A stretch of 64,000 nucleotides of DNA from assembly GCA_024276305.1 (NCBI GenBank), contig JAJRXK010000019.1, positions 43,294-107,293 of the forward strand, in the 5' to 3' direction. The translations under genes were made by a program, and so were the position numbers. Positions within the stretch are counted from its first letter, which is position 1. Every line of letters begins with the position of its first letter. The notes beneath the pieces were generated by a model. It did no database searches. It was given only the letters and a program-made list of their open reading frames with translations, and had not been told where the DNA came from. Shown piece by piece: positions 36,964 to 47,273 of the stretch. Source of the stretch: Candidatus Krumholzibacteriota bacterium (GTDB lineage: Bacteria; Krumholzibacteriota; Krumholzibacteriia; JAJRXK01).

Positions 36964-39224
36964 CTGGATTTTCGCGCTTTCGGGTCTCACGCCGTCTTCC
37001 CTCCCGGGGAGACTCCCTCCGACGTCCCCCTCAGGACTGGATGGCGCGGCTACGACTGATTCTGGTCTGGGGTGGGCCTCCGCTCTTGCTGGTGGTGCTC
37101 CATCTGCTTCTCTTCCCTCCGCTCCGGTCGGTGGAGCGCATCCGCTTCGAGGTTGGAGACATCACCGATCAGCAGGTGAGAGCTCCCTTCGGGTTCACGG
37201 CCCCCCGGCCGGTGGAGGAGGTGGAAGAGGCCCGGCGCGTCGCAGCTCAGCGGGTGGAGCCGATCTACCGCGTGGACCAAGCCGCCATTCGCCGGAGTCG
37301 AGAGTCGGTGCAGGAGTTCTTCGATCGGGCGGCCGCCATCGCCAGCGCCGATTCGCTGACGCGGGCCGAACAGCTCAATGCTCTGCGGGAAGCGGCCCCG
37401 GCCCTTCAGCTGACGGCATCGGCGACCTTGCTCGACAGCCTTCGAGTCGAAAAAGTGCGGCGAGAAGTGGTGAAGATCGTCGACGAGATGATCGAGGCGG
37501 GAGTCGCCGATGTCACTCCGCGAGGAACCTATCAATTCGTCAGCATCGTGGATGAGGACAACAACTATCGGCGCGTGCCGGTCGGAGGCCTGATTCTGTC
37601 CTACCGGCTCACCGAGAGCCTGCGCCAGCGATTGGCGAGCCGCTTGACTCGAGCCCAGGAACGGGACGCCGCGATGGCGGTTGCGCGCTACTTCCTGTTG
37701 CCCACCCTGGAGTACGACGATGTGGCGACCACCGAACGTCGGGAGGAGGCGGTGGCCGCGGTTCCGACCGAGCGCGACTGGGCCCGGAACGAACGGATTC
37801 TCGATGCGGGAGAGCGAGTGAGCCGCGACGACGTAGCGGTACTCGAGGCCCTCGAGCAGGAACGGGTCCAGCGAGCCCTGCGATCGGATCACGGCACCCG
37901 TCGGCGGATGCTGGCCGGTCGGGCGCTCCTTCTGGCTTCGATCCTGGCGGGGCTGGTGGCGTTGGTGCGTCAGGTCGACCCCACGGTGATCTGGCAGCCA
38001 CACCGTTATCTGCTTCTCTTCCTTCTCCTGGGGATCTTCGTGGTGCTCTCCGCTCTGGGGTTGAAGAATCCCGACTGGGGGGGAGTCGCCGCAGTGCCGG
38101 TCGCACTGCTGGCGATGCTGGCGGTGATCCTCTACGGCGAGGAGTTGGCCTATCGGGTGGCCGGGGCCGCGATTCTGCTCATGCTGGCGATGCCCGAACA
38201 CCTTTCGTCCATCGCTCTGGCCTGGTCGGCCATCGCCGTCGCGTCGATCCGGTCCCTGCGTCGGGTTCGCAATCGCAACCAGTTCTATCGGGCCCTGCTC
38301 TCGGTTTCCGCCGTGGCCGCGGTGATGGTCATCGGGGTCGAATTCGCAGAGGCCAGCCCTCTGGGAGTGGCCTTTCGGCAGGTCTTGGTGGCAGTGTTCA
38401 CGGTTGCGATCTGCACTGCGCTGACTCTCTTCCTCCTGCCCTTGTTCGAGGCCCTCTTCGGAGTGACCACCGAGCTCACCCTTCTCGAGTTGAGCGATCT
38501 CAACCACCCCTTGCTGCGAAGGATGGCGCTGGAGTCGCCGGGAACCTTCCACCACAGTCAGGTCGTAGGTCTGCTGGCAGAGGCCGGAGCTCGGGCCATT
38601 CGGGCGAACCCCCTCCTCACCCGGGTGGGGGCCAACTTCCACGACATCGGCAAGATGCTCAAGCCGCGCTACTTCGCCGAGAACCAGGGCGGGACCAATC
38701 CCCACGACGAACTCCTGCCTCGGATGAGCGCATTGGTGATCGCCAGTCATGTCAAGGAGGGCATCGAACTCGGACGGGAATGGGGGCTTCCCGAGAGCGT
38801 TCTGGCCTTCATTCCCGAACATCACGGCACGAGTGTGATGCAGTTCTTCTACCGCAAGGCCCTCGAGCGCGACGACGGAGACGCGGTGAAGGTCGACGAC
38901 TTCCGCTATCCCGGGCCTCGGCCCCGCTCGCGCGAGACCGCGGTGCTGATGCTGGCCGATGGAGCCGAAGCTTCGGTTCGGAGTCTCCGGCGTCCCACCG
39001 CGAGTCGAGTGAGAGAAATGGTGCGCAAGATCATCGACTCGAAGATGGCCGAAGGGGAACTCGATGAGAGTGGCCTCACTCTGAGAGATGTCGCCCAGGT
39101 CCGAGAGGCCTTCGTACCCGTTCTTGTCGGCATTCATCACCATCGCGTCTCCTACCCCGGACAGAAGGAACACGAAGAGCAAAAGGAAAAGGAGAGTCGT
39201 GAAGCTCGAGCTCGTTCTCGATGA
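36960..39224 (+). CDS. pgpH: 7TM-receptor-linked HD-domain phosphohydrolase (PgpH/YqfF family).
   Basis: Extracellular region, 7 TM helices, HD domain (HHSQVVGLLAE...NFHDIGKM...IASHVKEGIEL...ADGAEAS). Conserved position between phoH and ybeY. GTG start overlaps the phoH stop; ATG 37043 is an alternative. Confidence 0.8.
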   Translation: MTGFSRFRVSRRLPSRGDSLRRPPQDWMARLRLILVWGGPPLLLVVLHLLLFPPLRSVERIRFEVGDITDQQVRAPFGFTAPRPVEEVEEARRVAAQRVEPIYRVDQAAIRRSRESVQEFFDRAAAIASADSLTRAEQLNALREAAPALQLTASATLLDSLRVEKVRREVVKIVDEMIEAGVADVTPRGTYQFVSIVDEDNNYRRVPVGGLILSYRLTESLRQRLASRLTRAQERDAAMAVARYFLLPTLEYDDVATTERREEAVAAVPTERDWARNERILDAGERVSRDDVAVLEALEQERVQRALRSDHGTRRRMLAGRALLLASILAGLVALVRQVDPTVIWQPHRYLLLFLLLGIFVVLSALGLKNPDWGGVAAVPVALLAMLAVILYGEELAYRVAGAAILLMLAMPEHLSSIALAWSAIAVASIRSLRRVRNRNQFYRALLSVSAVAAVMVIGVEFAEASPLGVAFRQVLVAVFTVAICTALTLFLLPLFEALFGVTTELTLLELSDLNHPLLRRMALESPGTFHHSQVVGLLAEAGARAIRANPLLTRVGANFHDIGKMLKPRYFAENQGGTNPHDELLPRMSALVIASHVKEGIELGREWGLPESVLAFIPEHHGTSVMQFFYRKALERDDGDAVKVDDFRYPGPRPRSRETAVLMLADGAEASVRSLRRPTASRVREMVRKIIDSKMAEGELDESGLTLRDVAQVREAFVPVLVGIHHHRVSYPGQKEHEEQKEKESREARARSR

Positions 39225-39729
39225 AGGCGAATGGACCTGGACTCCCCGGGCCGTGACCCTCGATCATCTGGGTGAGTTGGTCGCCGCCCTGGGGCCTTCC
39301 GATGTCAGTGTTCAGGTCGTACTCACCGGAGACGATACCCTTCGGGAGCACAACCGAGAATATCGGGGGCAGGACCGACCGACCGATGTGCTCTCCTTCT
39401 CCTACTTCGAAGGGCATGGTCCGTCGAGGGGGACCTTGCTGAAGGGAGAGGCGGTCGGGAGAGATTTCTTGGACCTTCACTATTCCGAGGAGGAGGCTCT
39501 CGCCGGTCAGGTCCTCGTGAGCTTGGATACCCTCCGGGCCCGCGGACCCGTCCACGCCCAGAATCTCGACGACGAGCTTGCCTTCATGGTCGTCCATGGG
39601 TTGCTTCATGTTCTGGGCTTCGATCACGGCACCGACGAGGAGGCGGAGGAGATGCAGGCCGAAGAGAAGGCGATCCTGCAGATCTACCATCGTATCGGAG
39701 AGAAGGAAAGGGAGGGAGATCGGAGCTGA
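39199..39729 (+). CDS. ybeY: Endoribonuclease YbeY (rRNA maturation factor).
   Basis: H3xH5xH metal site HGLLHVLGFDHGTDEE. GTG 39199 with AAGGAGAG RBS. Confidence 0.85.
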   Translation: MKLELVLDEGEWTWTPRAVTLDHLGELVAALGPSDVSVQVVLTGDDTLREHNREYRGQDRPTDVLSFSYFEGHGPSRGTLLKGEAVGRDFLDLHYSEEEALAGQVLVSLDTLRARGPVHAQNLDDELAFMVVHGLLHVLGFDHGTDEEAEEMQAEEKAILQIYHRIGEKEREGDRS

Positions 39730-41036
39730 TGGAGAGTGCGTCGGTAGCAGAGGCGATGGGGGCCTCGGTGACCCTGGTCATCTGGCTGGCACTGAGCTTC
39801 TTGTGCGCGGGAGGGATCTCTTCACTCACCACCCTTCTGCGCATGCGAGCAGGGGGGTTGTTGAGTCAGGAGAGCCGCATCCCCTTCGAACGACTGTTGG
39901 AGGCGCCGCGCCCCGCTCTGCTCACCCTCACGGTGATGAACCTCATCGGAGTGGCGCTCTCTGCGGCGGCCTGGAGGGATTTCGGCGAAACGGTCCTGCC
40001 CCCCCGGGCTATCTGGCAGCTCGTCTTGTGGTGGACGGTCTATCTCTTGGTGATCGTCGTGGGTTCGGTCTCCTTCAAGGCTCTCGCCCTTTCGAGGACC
40101 CTGGCCTATCACCGAGCCTTCGGTGGGATTCATCTGGTCATCTTCCTCGTGCTGCGGCCTTTCACCTTTGCCGTGGAATGGCTCATGGACCGGATGGTTC
40201 CTTCGATCTGGAGTCTGGACCTCTCTCCGCCTCTGAGTGGGCAGGAGATCCGGGGGCTGCTGGCGGACGAAGAGGCCTCCGCCCACATGGAACCCGATGA
40301 AGTCGATTGGGCGAGGTCCATCTTCGAACTCGGCGATACCGAAATCAGCGAGATCATGGTGCCGCGCATCGATATGGTGGCTCTCGACGTGACCACGACT
40401 TTCGAGGAAGCCCTGCCCTTCGCGGCGGCTTCGCGCTTCACCCGTTTGCCCGTCTACGAGGATGGGCCGGACAAGATCCTCGGGATTCTCCATACCAAGG
40501 ATCTGCTGTCGGCTTCGGTACGGGGAGAGACGCCCACGATCCGGGAACTCATTCGTCCGGCGCATTTTCTTCCCGAGAGCAAACGCATCGACGATGCCCT
40601 AGCGGAGTTTCGGGAGGGACGGATCCATCTGGCAGTCGTGGTGGACGAGTACGGAGGGACGGCGGGCATCGTCACGCTGGAGGATATTCTCGAAGAGATC
40701 GTGGGCGAGATTCGGGACGAATTCGACCAAGAGGGTGAGCTTCTGCGGTGGGTGGACGACCACCACGTGGTCGTGGATCCACGCATCGATCTCGACGACT
40801 TCAACGAGGCTTTGGGCCTGCAGCTCCCCACCGACGACCATGACACCCTCGCCGGGCTTCTCTACCAGATGTCCGGGAAGGTTCCCTCGCGGGGCGATGT
40901 GATCGAGCGGCCGGGTCTGCGCTTCACCGTGGACCGGATCGAGGGACAGCGGATTCGCCAGGTGTCCCTCGAATCGAGCGAAGCGCTGGTGGCTCCAGTC
41001 CGCGGCTCTTTCGCGGCCGGGGAGAATGGGCGATGA
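39729..41036 (+). CDS. corC: CNNM/CorC-family transporter (DUF21 TM domain + CBS pair + CorC_HlyC domain).
   Basis: N-terminal 4-TM DUF21, CBS pair, C-terminal RFTVDRIEGQRIRQV. ATG overlaps the ybeY stop (TGATGG). Confidence 0.85.
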   Translation: MESASVAEAMGASVTLVIWLALSFLCAGGISSLTTLLRMRAGGLLSQESRIPFERLLEAPRPALLTLTVMNLIGVALSAAAWRDFGETVLPPRAIWQLVLWWTVYLLVIVVGSVSFKALALSRTLAYHRAFGGIHLVIFLVLRPFTFAVEWLMDRMVPSIWSLDLSPPLSGQEIRGLLADEEASAHMEPDEVDWARSIFELGDTEISEIMVPRIDMVALDVTTTFEEALPFAAASRFTRLPVYEDGPDKILGILHTKDLLSASVRGETPTIRELIRPAHFLPESKRIDDALAEFREGRIHLAVVVDEYGGTAGIVTLEDILEEIVGEIRDEFDQEGELLRWVDDHHVVVDPRIDLDDFNEALGLQLPTDDHDTLAGLLYQMSGKVPSRGDVIERPGLRFTVDRIEGQRIRQVSLESSEALVAPVRGSFAAGENGR

Positions 41037-41680
41037 GCACCCTTCGACGGGCCTTTCTGACCGGATTGCTGGTGTTGGCGCCACTGGGGCTGACCCTCTG
41101 GGTCTTCGTCTGGTTGTTTCGGAGCATCGATGATTGGATGCGGCCGCTTCTGTCCCGGGCCCCCTATCTGAGCGCCACCCTGCCCGAGGAGGGGTTCACC
41201 GGAATCGGAGTGGTCACCGCGATCCTGCTGGTCATTCTGGTCGGCGTATTCGCGAACAACCTGCTGGGAAAGGCATTCTTCGGGGGACTGGACCGGATCA
41301 TCAATCGAATCCCCTGGATCAAGGGAGTCTACGGCGCGGCCAAGGAGATCAGTGGAGTGGTCTTCGTGGAAGAGGGGAGCGCCTTCCGCCAGGTGATCAT
41401 CTTCGAGTACCCGCGGCGCGGTCTCTACTCCATCGGCTTCGTCACTTTCGAGTCCGAGGAGGAAGAAGACGAGAGCGATCTCTATCATGTCTTTCTGCCC
41501 ACGACCCCCAATCCCACCAGTGGTTACTTCTTGATGGTGCCGCGTGGGGATGCGAAGGTCTTGCCGATCACGGTCGAACACGGGCTGAAGCTCATCGTCT
41601 CGGCCGGCTCAGTGGTGGCGGAGGAGGACCTGGAAGCTCTGCATCGGGCCGCACACGACCTCGGCGGCCACCGCTCCTGA
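41033..41680 (+). CDS. DUF502-family membrane protein.
   Basis: Two N-terminal TM helices, then a GVYGAAKEISGVVF...FEYPRRGLYSIGFVT conserved core. Confidence 0.65.
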   Translation: MSTLRRAFLTGLLVLAPLGLTLWVFVWLFRSIDDWMRPLLSRAPYLSATLPEEGFTGIGVVTAILLVILVGVFANNLLGKAFFGGLDRIINRIPWIKGVYGAAKEISGVVFVEEGSAFRQVIIFEYPRRGLYSIGFVTFESEEEEDESDLYHVFLPTTPNPTSGYFLMVPRGDAKVLPITVEHGLKLIVSAGSVVAEEDLEALHRAAHDLGGHRS

Positions 41681-41721
41681 TCGTCTCGCAACGAAGATCC
41701 CCGTCCCACGGGAGGTGAGAG

Positions 41722-43083
41722 GTGGAGCAGCAACTCGAGCAGCTGTACGCGCGGGCCCGGACCCACCTCGATGCAGGTGAAGTGGCCGCGGTGGCAGAAC
41801 TCCTCGCCGAAGAGCACCCCTCCCTCATTGCCGATCTCTTCCGGAGTCTGGAAGCGGAGGAGCGGGTCGCCTTGGTTCGGGCCCTCGACGCGCCCTTGGC
41901 CGCATCGGTGCTCTGCGAGATCGACGATCGAGGCAACGAAGAAGTGCTCTCGGTCCTCGAGGATGGCGAAGTCGTCGAACTTCTCGACCACCTGCCATCC
42001 GATGACGCGGCCGACTTGGTCGCGCACATCGATCCCGAAGCGCGGCCTCGGATCCTGGATCTTCTCGACCGAGTCGATCACCAGGACGCGGTGGAGCTCA
42101 AGGAGCTCTTGCGCTATCCGGAGGACAGCGCGGGTGGCCTCATGGCCAAGGAGTATCTGTCGGTCCGCGAGGACCAGTCGATCTCCGCCGTCTTGCCCGC
42201 TCTGCGGCAGCTCGAGGACGAAGAGCTCTCTTCCATGCAGGTCTGCTTCGTGGTCGATCGCGACCACCGATTGGTGGGACAGATTCCCCTACTGCGACTG
42301 TTGTTGAGCGACCGGGGTCGCAAGGCTCACGAGGTGATGGAGGCCGACCCGCTGGTGGCCCATGTCGACGACGATCAGGAGGAGGTGGCCAACCTCTTTC
42401 TCTCCCAGGACTTGCTCTCCTTGCCGATCGTCGATCATTCCGGACGCTTGGTGGGACGGATCACCGTCGACGACGCGATGGACGTCCTCTCCGAAGAGGC
42501 CACCGAGGATCTGGCCAGAATGGCAGGGTCGAGCGCGGTCGAGTTGGGAGAAACCTCCACCTGGCGGATCTCACGGGCTCGTCTGCCGTGGCTGGTCCTG
42601 GGGCTCTGCGGCGAGCTGATCGCGGCCTTCGTGCTCTCGCACTTCGAGCGCAACCTCCAGGATCGGGTGATCCTGGCCTTTTTCATTCCTCTCATCGTAG
42701 CCACCGGAGGGAACACCGGGATCCAGACCAGCGCCATCATGATTCGCCGCTTGGTGATGCGGGAATTCGACACCTTTCGGGCCGGACGGGCGTTGGCGCG
42801 AGAGTTCTCGGTGAGCCTGGTGAACGGGGCTCTGCTGGGAGCGACGATGGTGGTGGTTCTCTACGTCTGGCAGGGGCAGATCGACGTCGGAATCGTCATC
42901 GGTCTGACCCTGATGACGGTGGTGTTTCTGGCCACTCTGACCGGGAGTGCGGTTCCCCTCCTCCTCGACCGCATGGGGATCGATCCCACCGTGGCCACCG
43001 GTCCCTTCATCACGACGACCAACGATGTCATCGGGCTTCTGGTCTATCTCGGCATCGCCCACTGGCTCCTGACGCCGAGTTGA
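41722..43083 (+). CDS. mgtE: Magnesium transporter MgtE (N-domain, CBS pair, 5-TM channel).
   Basis: MgtE_N (LLAEEHPSLIADLFRSLEAEERVALVRAL), CBS pair, PLIVATGGNTGIQTSAI... channel domain. GTG start behind GGGAGGTGAG. Confidence 0.9.
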   Translation: MEQQLEQLYARARTHLDAGEVAAVAELLAEEHPSLIADLFRSLEAEERVALVRALDAPLAASVLCEIDDRGNEEVLSVLEDGEVVELLDHLPSDDAADLVAHIDPEARPRILDLLDRVDHQDAVELKELLRYPEDSAGGLMAKEYLSVREDQSISAVLPALRQLEDEELSSMQVCFVVDRDHRLVGQIPLLRLLLSDRGRKAHEVMEADPLVAHVDDDQEEVANLFLSQDLLSLPIVDHSGRLVGRITVDDAMDVLSEEATEDLARMAGSSAVELGETSTWRISRARLPWLVLGLCGELIAAFVLSHFERNLQDRVILAFFIPLIVATGGNTGIQTSAIMIRRLVMREFDTFRAGRALAREFSVSLVNGALLGATMVVVLYVWQGQIDVGIVIGLTLMTVVFLATLTGSAVPLLLDRMGIDPTVATGPFITTTNDVIGLLVYLGIAHWLLTPS

Positions 43084-43086
43084 CCC

Positions 43087-43884
43087 ATGAGCACCGGTCC
43101 CGTACGCGATGAAGTCCTGGTTCTGCGTTGCATCGCATTGGGCGAGAGCTCCAAGATCGTCAGCGCCCTCTCCGGGGAGTGGGGCAAGGTCAGATTGGTG
43201 GCCAAGGGAGCGCGATCGCTCCGGTCGAAGATGGCGAGCCTGCTCGAGGTGGGGAACGAGATCGAGGTCGTATTCTATCCCCGCGAGGGCCGGGAACTCT
43301 GGACCCTCTCGGATGCTGCACTGCGCCGGGCCGCCTTGACGGGCGCCAACAGCCTCGATAAGCTGTCCCACCTCTTCGCAGCTCTGGAGCTTGGAGACCG
43401 GCTCCTTCCCGATTTCGAAGGGGCTGCGGAGTACGAACCCATTTTCCGCCGCTTCCTGGATTTGTGGCATGCGGGCGAGGACGCCGAGATGGCCTCGCTC
43501 TTTTTTGCGCTCGAACTCCGGATGCTCGACGGCAGCGGATGGGGGGTCGATCCCGGTTCCTGCGCTCAATGCGGCAAGGCTCTGTGCGAGATCGGGGCTC
43601 GGTGGTCGGCGGCCGAGGGACGTCTGGAGTGCTCGCAATGCGCGCAGCTCGGAGGTCGTCGGATCGCCCCGGAGGTGATCGCAGCTCTGATGGCGGTCGA
43701 TGCGGTCGATTTCTCGGAGAGGGTTTCCGGGGCACGAGGAGTGGAGCTGACGGCGGACCAGCGGCGCGGGGTGGGGCGACTGTTGCACGAACACATGGGC
43801 TACCATTTGCCGCACTACCGTTTGCCGAAGTCTCTCTACTGGCTGCAGGCATCCACGGGCGACGGCGTGGCGGAGGCGCGATGA
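43087..43884 (+). CDS. recO: DNA repair protein RecO.
   Basis: OB-fold N-terminus ([35 protein letters not shown]). C4 zinc finger [29 protein letters not shown]. Confidence 0.85.
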   Translation: MSTGPVRDEVLVLRCIALGESSKIVSALSGEWGKVRLVAKGARSLRSKMASLLEVGNEIEVVFYPREGRELWTLSDAALRRAALTGANSLDKLSHLFAALELGDRLLPDFEGAAEYEPIFRRFLDLWHAGEDAEMASLFFALELRMLDGSGWGVDPGSCAQCGKALCEIGARWSAAEGRLECSQCAQLGGRRIAPEVIAALMAVDAVDFSERVSGARGVELTADQRRGVGRLLHEHMGYHLPHYRLPKSLYWLQASTGDGVAEAR

Positions 43885-44771
43885 ATTACCAAGAGATGAT
43901 CCACCAGCTCCAGGGTTTCTGGATGCGTCATGGTTGCGTGATCTCGCAGCCCTACAACTCCGAAGTCGGAGCGGGGACCTTCAATCCCAACACCTTTCTG
44001 CGATGCTTGGGGCCCGAACCGTGGAAGGTGGCCTATGTGGAGCCCAGCAAGCGGCCCAAGGACGGGCGCTACGGAGAGAATCCCAATCGGGTCCACCAAT
44101 TCCTACAGTATCAGGTGTTGCTCAAGCCCGCGCCCGAGGATGTGCAGGACCTCTATCTCGCGAGTCTGCGCGAGATCGGATTCGACCCGGCGGACCACGA
44201 CATTCGTTTCGTGGAGGATGATTGGGAGTCCCCGACCCTGGGTGCGGCCGGCCTGGGCTGGGAAGTGTGGCTCGATGGCATGGAGGTGACCCAGTTCACC
44301 TATTTTCAGCAGGCGGGGGGAATCGAACTCGAGGTGGTGAGCTGCGAGATCACCTACGGACTCCTGAGGCTGGCCATGTTTCGCCAGGATTGCGACCACG
44401 TGATGGATCTGGACTGGGGGGGAGGTCTGCGCTGGGGCGAGATTAACGGTCAGAGCGAGCGCGAGTTCAGCGAGTTCAATTTCAAAGCGGCCCAGCCCGA
44501 GCTCTACTTTCGGTGGTTCGAGGAGCGGGAAAAGGAGGCCGAGGCTCTGTTGCGGGCGGGGTTGGTCTTCCCCGGCTATGACGCAGTGTGCAAGTGCAGT
44601 CATTACTTCAATGTTCTCGAGGCGCGGGGAGCGATCAGCGTCACCGAACGAACGGGATACATTGGCCGCGTACGCCGCTTGGCCCGGATGGCGGCCAAAG
44701 CCTACGTGACGAAGCGCGAAGAGATGGGATGGCCGATGCTGGCGGAGGGGGATGGTCGTGAAGAAGGTTGA
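43881..44771 (+). CDS. glyQ: Glycyl-tRNA synthetase alpha subunit.
   Basis: [79 protein letters not shown]... is diagnostic. ATG overlaps the recO stop (ATGA). Confidence 0.95.
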   Translation: MNYQEMIHQLQGFWMRHGCVISQPYNSEVGAGTFNPNTFLRCLGPEPWKVAYVEPSKRPKDGRYGENPNRVHQFLQYQVLLKPAPEDVQDLYLASLREIGFDPADHDIRFVEDDWESPTLGAAGLGWEVWLDGMEVTQFTYFQQAGGIELEVVSCEITYGLLRLAMFRQDCDHVMDLDWGGGLRWGEINGQSEREFSEFNFKAAQPELYFRWFEEREKEAEALLRAGLVFPGYDAVCKCSHYFNVLEARGAISVTERTGYIGRVRRLARMAAKAYVTKREEMGWPMLAEGDGREEG

Positions 44772-46956
44772 TCTGCTGGTCGAGATCGGCAGCGAAGAGA
44801 TCCCGGCCAGTTATGTGGGCCCCGCGGTGGCCGCGCTCCGGGATCGAGTGGTCGAGTGGATGGAATCCTCCAACCTTTCTCATGACCCCGAGCGGGTGGA
44901 GACCTTCGCGACTCCTCGGCGTTTGGCGGTGCGGGTGGGGGGACTCGGTTCGGAGCAGGCCACGCGAGAGGAAACTCGTTTGGGCCCGGCGGTGAAGGCC
45001 GCCTTCGATCCCTCGGGCAATCCCACTGCGGCGGCTCTGGGTTTCGCCCGCGGAGCGGGCGTCGCGGTGGGAGACCTGCAACGGGTGGAGACCGATCGCG
45101 GCGAGCGTATCGCAGCCCTGGTCCGGACGGGGGGCAAGAGCGCTCGCGACCTGCTGCTGGCCGATGGACTCCTCGAGAAGTGGACCCGTCTGCCGTTTCC
45201 CAAGACCATGCGGTGGATTCCCGGCGACGATTTTCGCTATGCTCGGCCGATCCGATGGGTCGTGCTTCTCTTGGGAGAGGAGGCCGTCCCGGCTCGGCTG
45301 CGGCACTTGACCGCGGGCGCTCTCAGCCGCGGACATCGGACCCTGGCCCCGGGAGAGGTCGAGATCCGCCGACCTTCGGATTACGAGAGGAAGCTGGCCG
45401 AGCACCACGTGGTGGTCCGTGTCGAGGAGCGGCAGTCTCGGATCGAGTCCGGGGCCCACCGTCTGGCAGAGAGTCTGGGGGGACGCCTTCACGAGGACCC
45501 TGCGCTGGTCGAGGAGGTCACTCACCTCACCGAGCATCCCCAGCCTCTCTCCGGCAGCTTCGATCCCGAGCTGGTGAAGACCCTCCCCGCCGAAGTCATC
45601 ATCACCGCGATGCGTTCCCATCAGCGCTACTTCAGCGTCGAGGACGCTGCGGGCGGATTGCTGCCGGTCTTCATCACCTTTCGAGATGGGGGCGACACCG
45701 GTCTCGAGAGGGTTGCTCAGGGCAACGAGAGGGTCCTGCGCGCGCGCCTCGACGATGCCCTCTTCTACTGGAATGAAGACTGTAGCCGCAGCAGCGACGA
45801 GAAGCTGGAGGACCTCGAGCGGGTGGTGTGGCTGGAGGGTCTCGGGAGCGTGGCCGACAAGTGTCGGCGGATCGCGAAACTGGCGGAGGCACTTCGAGAG
45901 GAATGGGGTCTGGAGGGCGTGGATCCGACCCAGCTCCACCGGGCGGCCCTTCTCTCCAAGAGCGACCTCGCCACGGAGATGATCCGTGACGGCAAGGAGT
46001 TCACCAAGCTACAGGGGATCATGGGCCGCTACTATGCCCTCGAAGCGGGGGAGTTGGAGGAAGTGGCGGACGCCATCGCCGAGCATCTCTATCCGAAGCA
46101 TGCCCGGGATCGCCTTCCGCTGGGAGAGCTGGCGATGCTGGTGGGACTGGCCGACCGATTCGACAGCATCGCGGGTTCGTTGTTGGCCGGTTTCGCCCCC
46201 ACCGGAAGTCAGGACCCCTATGCGCTCCGCAGACAGAGCCTGGCCATCCTGAGAATGCTGATCGAGAGAGAGAGGCATCTCGACCTCGAGGTGTGGCTCG
46301 ACCGCAGTCTGGAGGGATTCGAGGCGGAGGAGGACGCCCGGGAAGTGGCTCGGACTCAGGGACTGGACCTCTTCGGGGGACGGATCGAGTCGATGTTGGA
46401 GGACCTTCCGGTCGAGATCGTGCGCGGGATCCTCGCAGTCCGCCGCGCCGATCCTCTGGCGATCGTTGGAGCGGCCCGAAGCCTGAGCGAATTGGCGGGG
46501 TCGGATTCTTTCCAGAGTCTTCTCGCCGGGGCCAAACGCTGCCGGAATCTGCTCCTGAAGGAGAAGCGCCTCGAGGAAGAGGCATGTGAGGCCCCTCGTC
46601 GGCCCGCCCGGTTGAGGAAACTTGCGGCCGAGACCTTCCAACGGTGGTTCGACCACGTCCAGAACGGAGCTGCTCTGAGCTTCGAGGCTGCCTCCTTCCA
46701 GGATCCGGCCGAGGAGAAGCTCTACTCGGCCGTGGTGGCGGCGGTGCCCGAGCTCCACGAGGCCTTCGAAAGCGACGATGCGACCGCGGCCTATCGGGTG
46801 CTCTCCTCCCTCGGCCCGACCATCGACGAGTATTTCGAGACGGTATTGGTGAACGCGCCCGATCCGGGCCTTCGGAACAATCGCCTGGGTTTTCTCCAGG
46901 ACCTTCACTATTTGTTCGTGTTCTGGGCCGACCTCGCGTCGATCCCCTCGGCCTGA
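44752..46956 (+). CDS. glyS: Glycyl-tRNA synthetase beta subunit.
   Basis: Directly follows glyQ with overlap. [16 protein letters not shown]-terminus typical of GlyS. Confidence 0.9.
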   Translation: MVVKKVDLLVEIGSEEIPASYVGPAVAALRDRVVEWMESSNLSHDPERVETFATPRRLAVRVGGLGSEQATREETRLGPAVKAAFDPSGNPTAAALGFARGAGVAVGDLQRVETDRGERIAALVRTGGKSARDLLLADGLLEKWTRLPFPKTMRWIPGDDFRYARPIRWVVLLLGEEAVPARLRHLTAGALSRGHRTLAPGEVEIRRPSDYERKLAEHHVVVRVEERQSRIESGAHRLAESLGGRLHEDPALVEEVTHLTEHPQPLSGSFDPELVKTLPAEVIITAMRSHQRYFSVEDAAGGLLPVFITFRDGGDTGLERVAQGNERVLRARLDDALFYWNEDCSRSSDEKLEDLERVVWLEGLGSVADKCRRIAKLAEALREEWGLEGVDPTQLHRAALLSKSDLATEMIRDGKEFTKLQGIMGRYYALEAGELEEVADAIAEHLYPKHARDRLPLGELAMLVGLADRFDSIAGSLLAGFAPTGSQDPYALRRQSLAILRMLIERERHLDLEVWLDRSLEGFEAEEDAREVARTQGLDLFGGRIESMLEDLPVEIVRGILAVRRADPLAIVGAARSLSELAGSDSFQSLLAGAKRCRNLLLKEKRLEEEACEAPRRPARLRKLAAETFQRWFDHVQNGAALSFEAASFQDPAEEKLYSAVVAAVPELHEAFESDDATAAYRVLSSLGPTIDEYFETVLVNAPDPGLRNNRLGFLQDLHYLFVFWADLASIPSA

Positions 46957-46969
46957 CCGCCGGCCTCGG

Positions 46970-46999
46970 TTGACACGGAGAGTCCGCATCGGCTAGCAT
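46970..46999 (+). promoter_or_regulatory. Promoter candidate TTGACA-N18-TAGCAT, followed by a low-GC untranslated leader of about 270 nt.
   Basis: Read from the sequence. Leader 47005..47273 has no convincing ORF. Confidence 0.4.
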
Positions 47000-47273
47000 G
47001 GCGACTGCGACTCATGGTAAGTAGCACATGGGATTCTGTGTTTGCGGAACACGACTTCCCTCTTTCCGGTGAATCCAAATTCTCGACGCCGAAACGATGG
47101 GCCTTGCGAGGCTCGGAGTTTCTAACCGGCCTGGGGACACGGGGTGCTTGCACTCCCGGACAACCAGGACAACCCGTGCCAACTGCCACCCCGTATGTCG
47201 ATCTCACCTTCGCCGGTGTTTCGGCATAAGTCTTTCACATCTTCGCCATCTACAAACGATGGGGGGACAAAGC

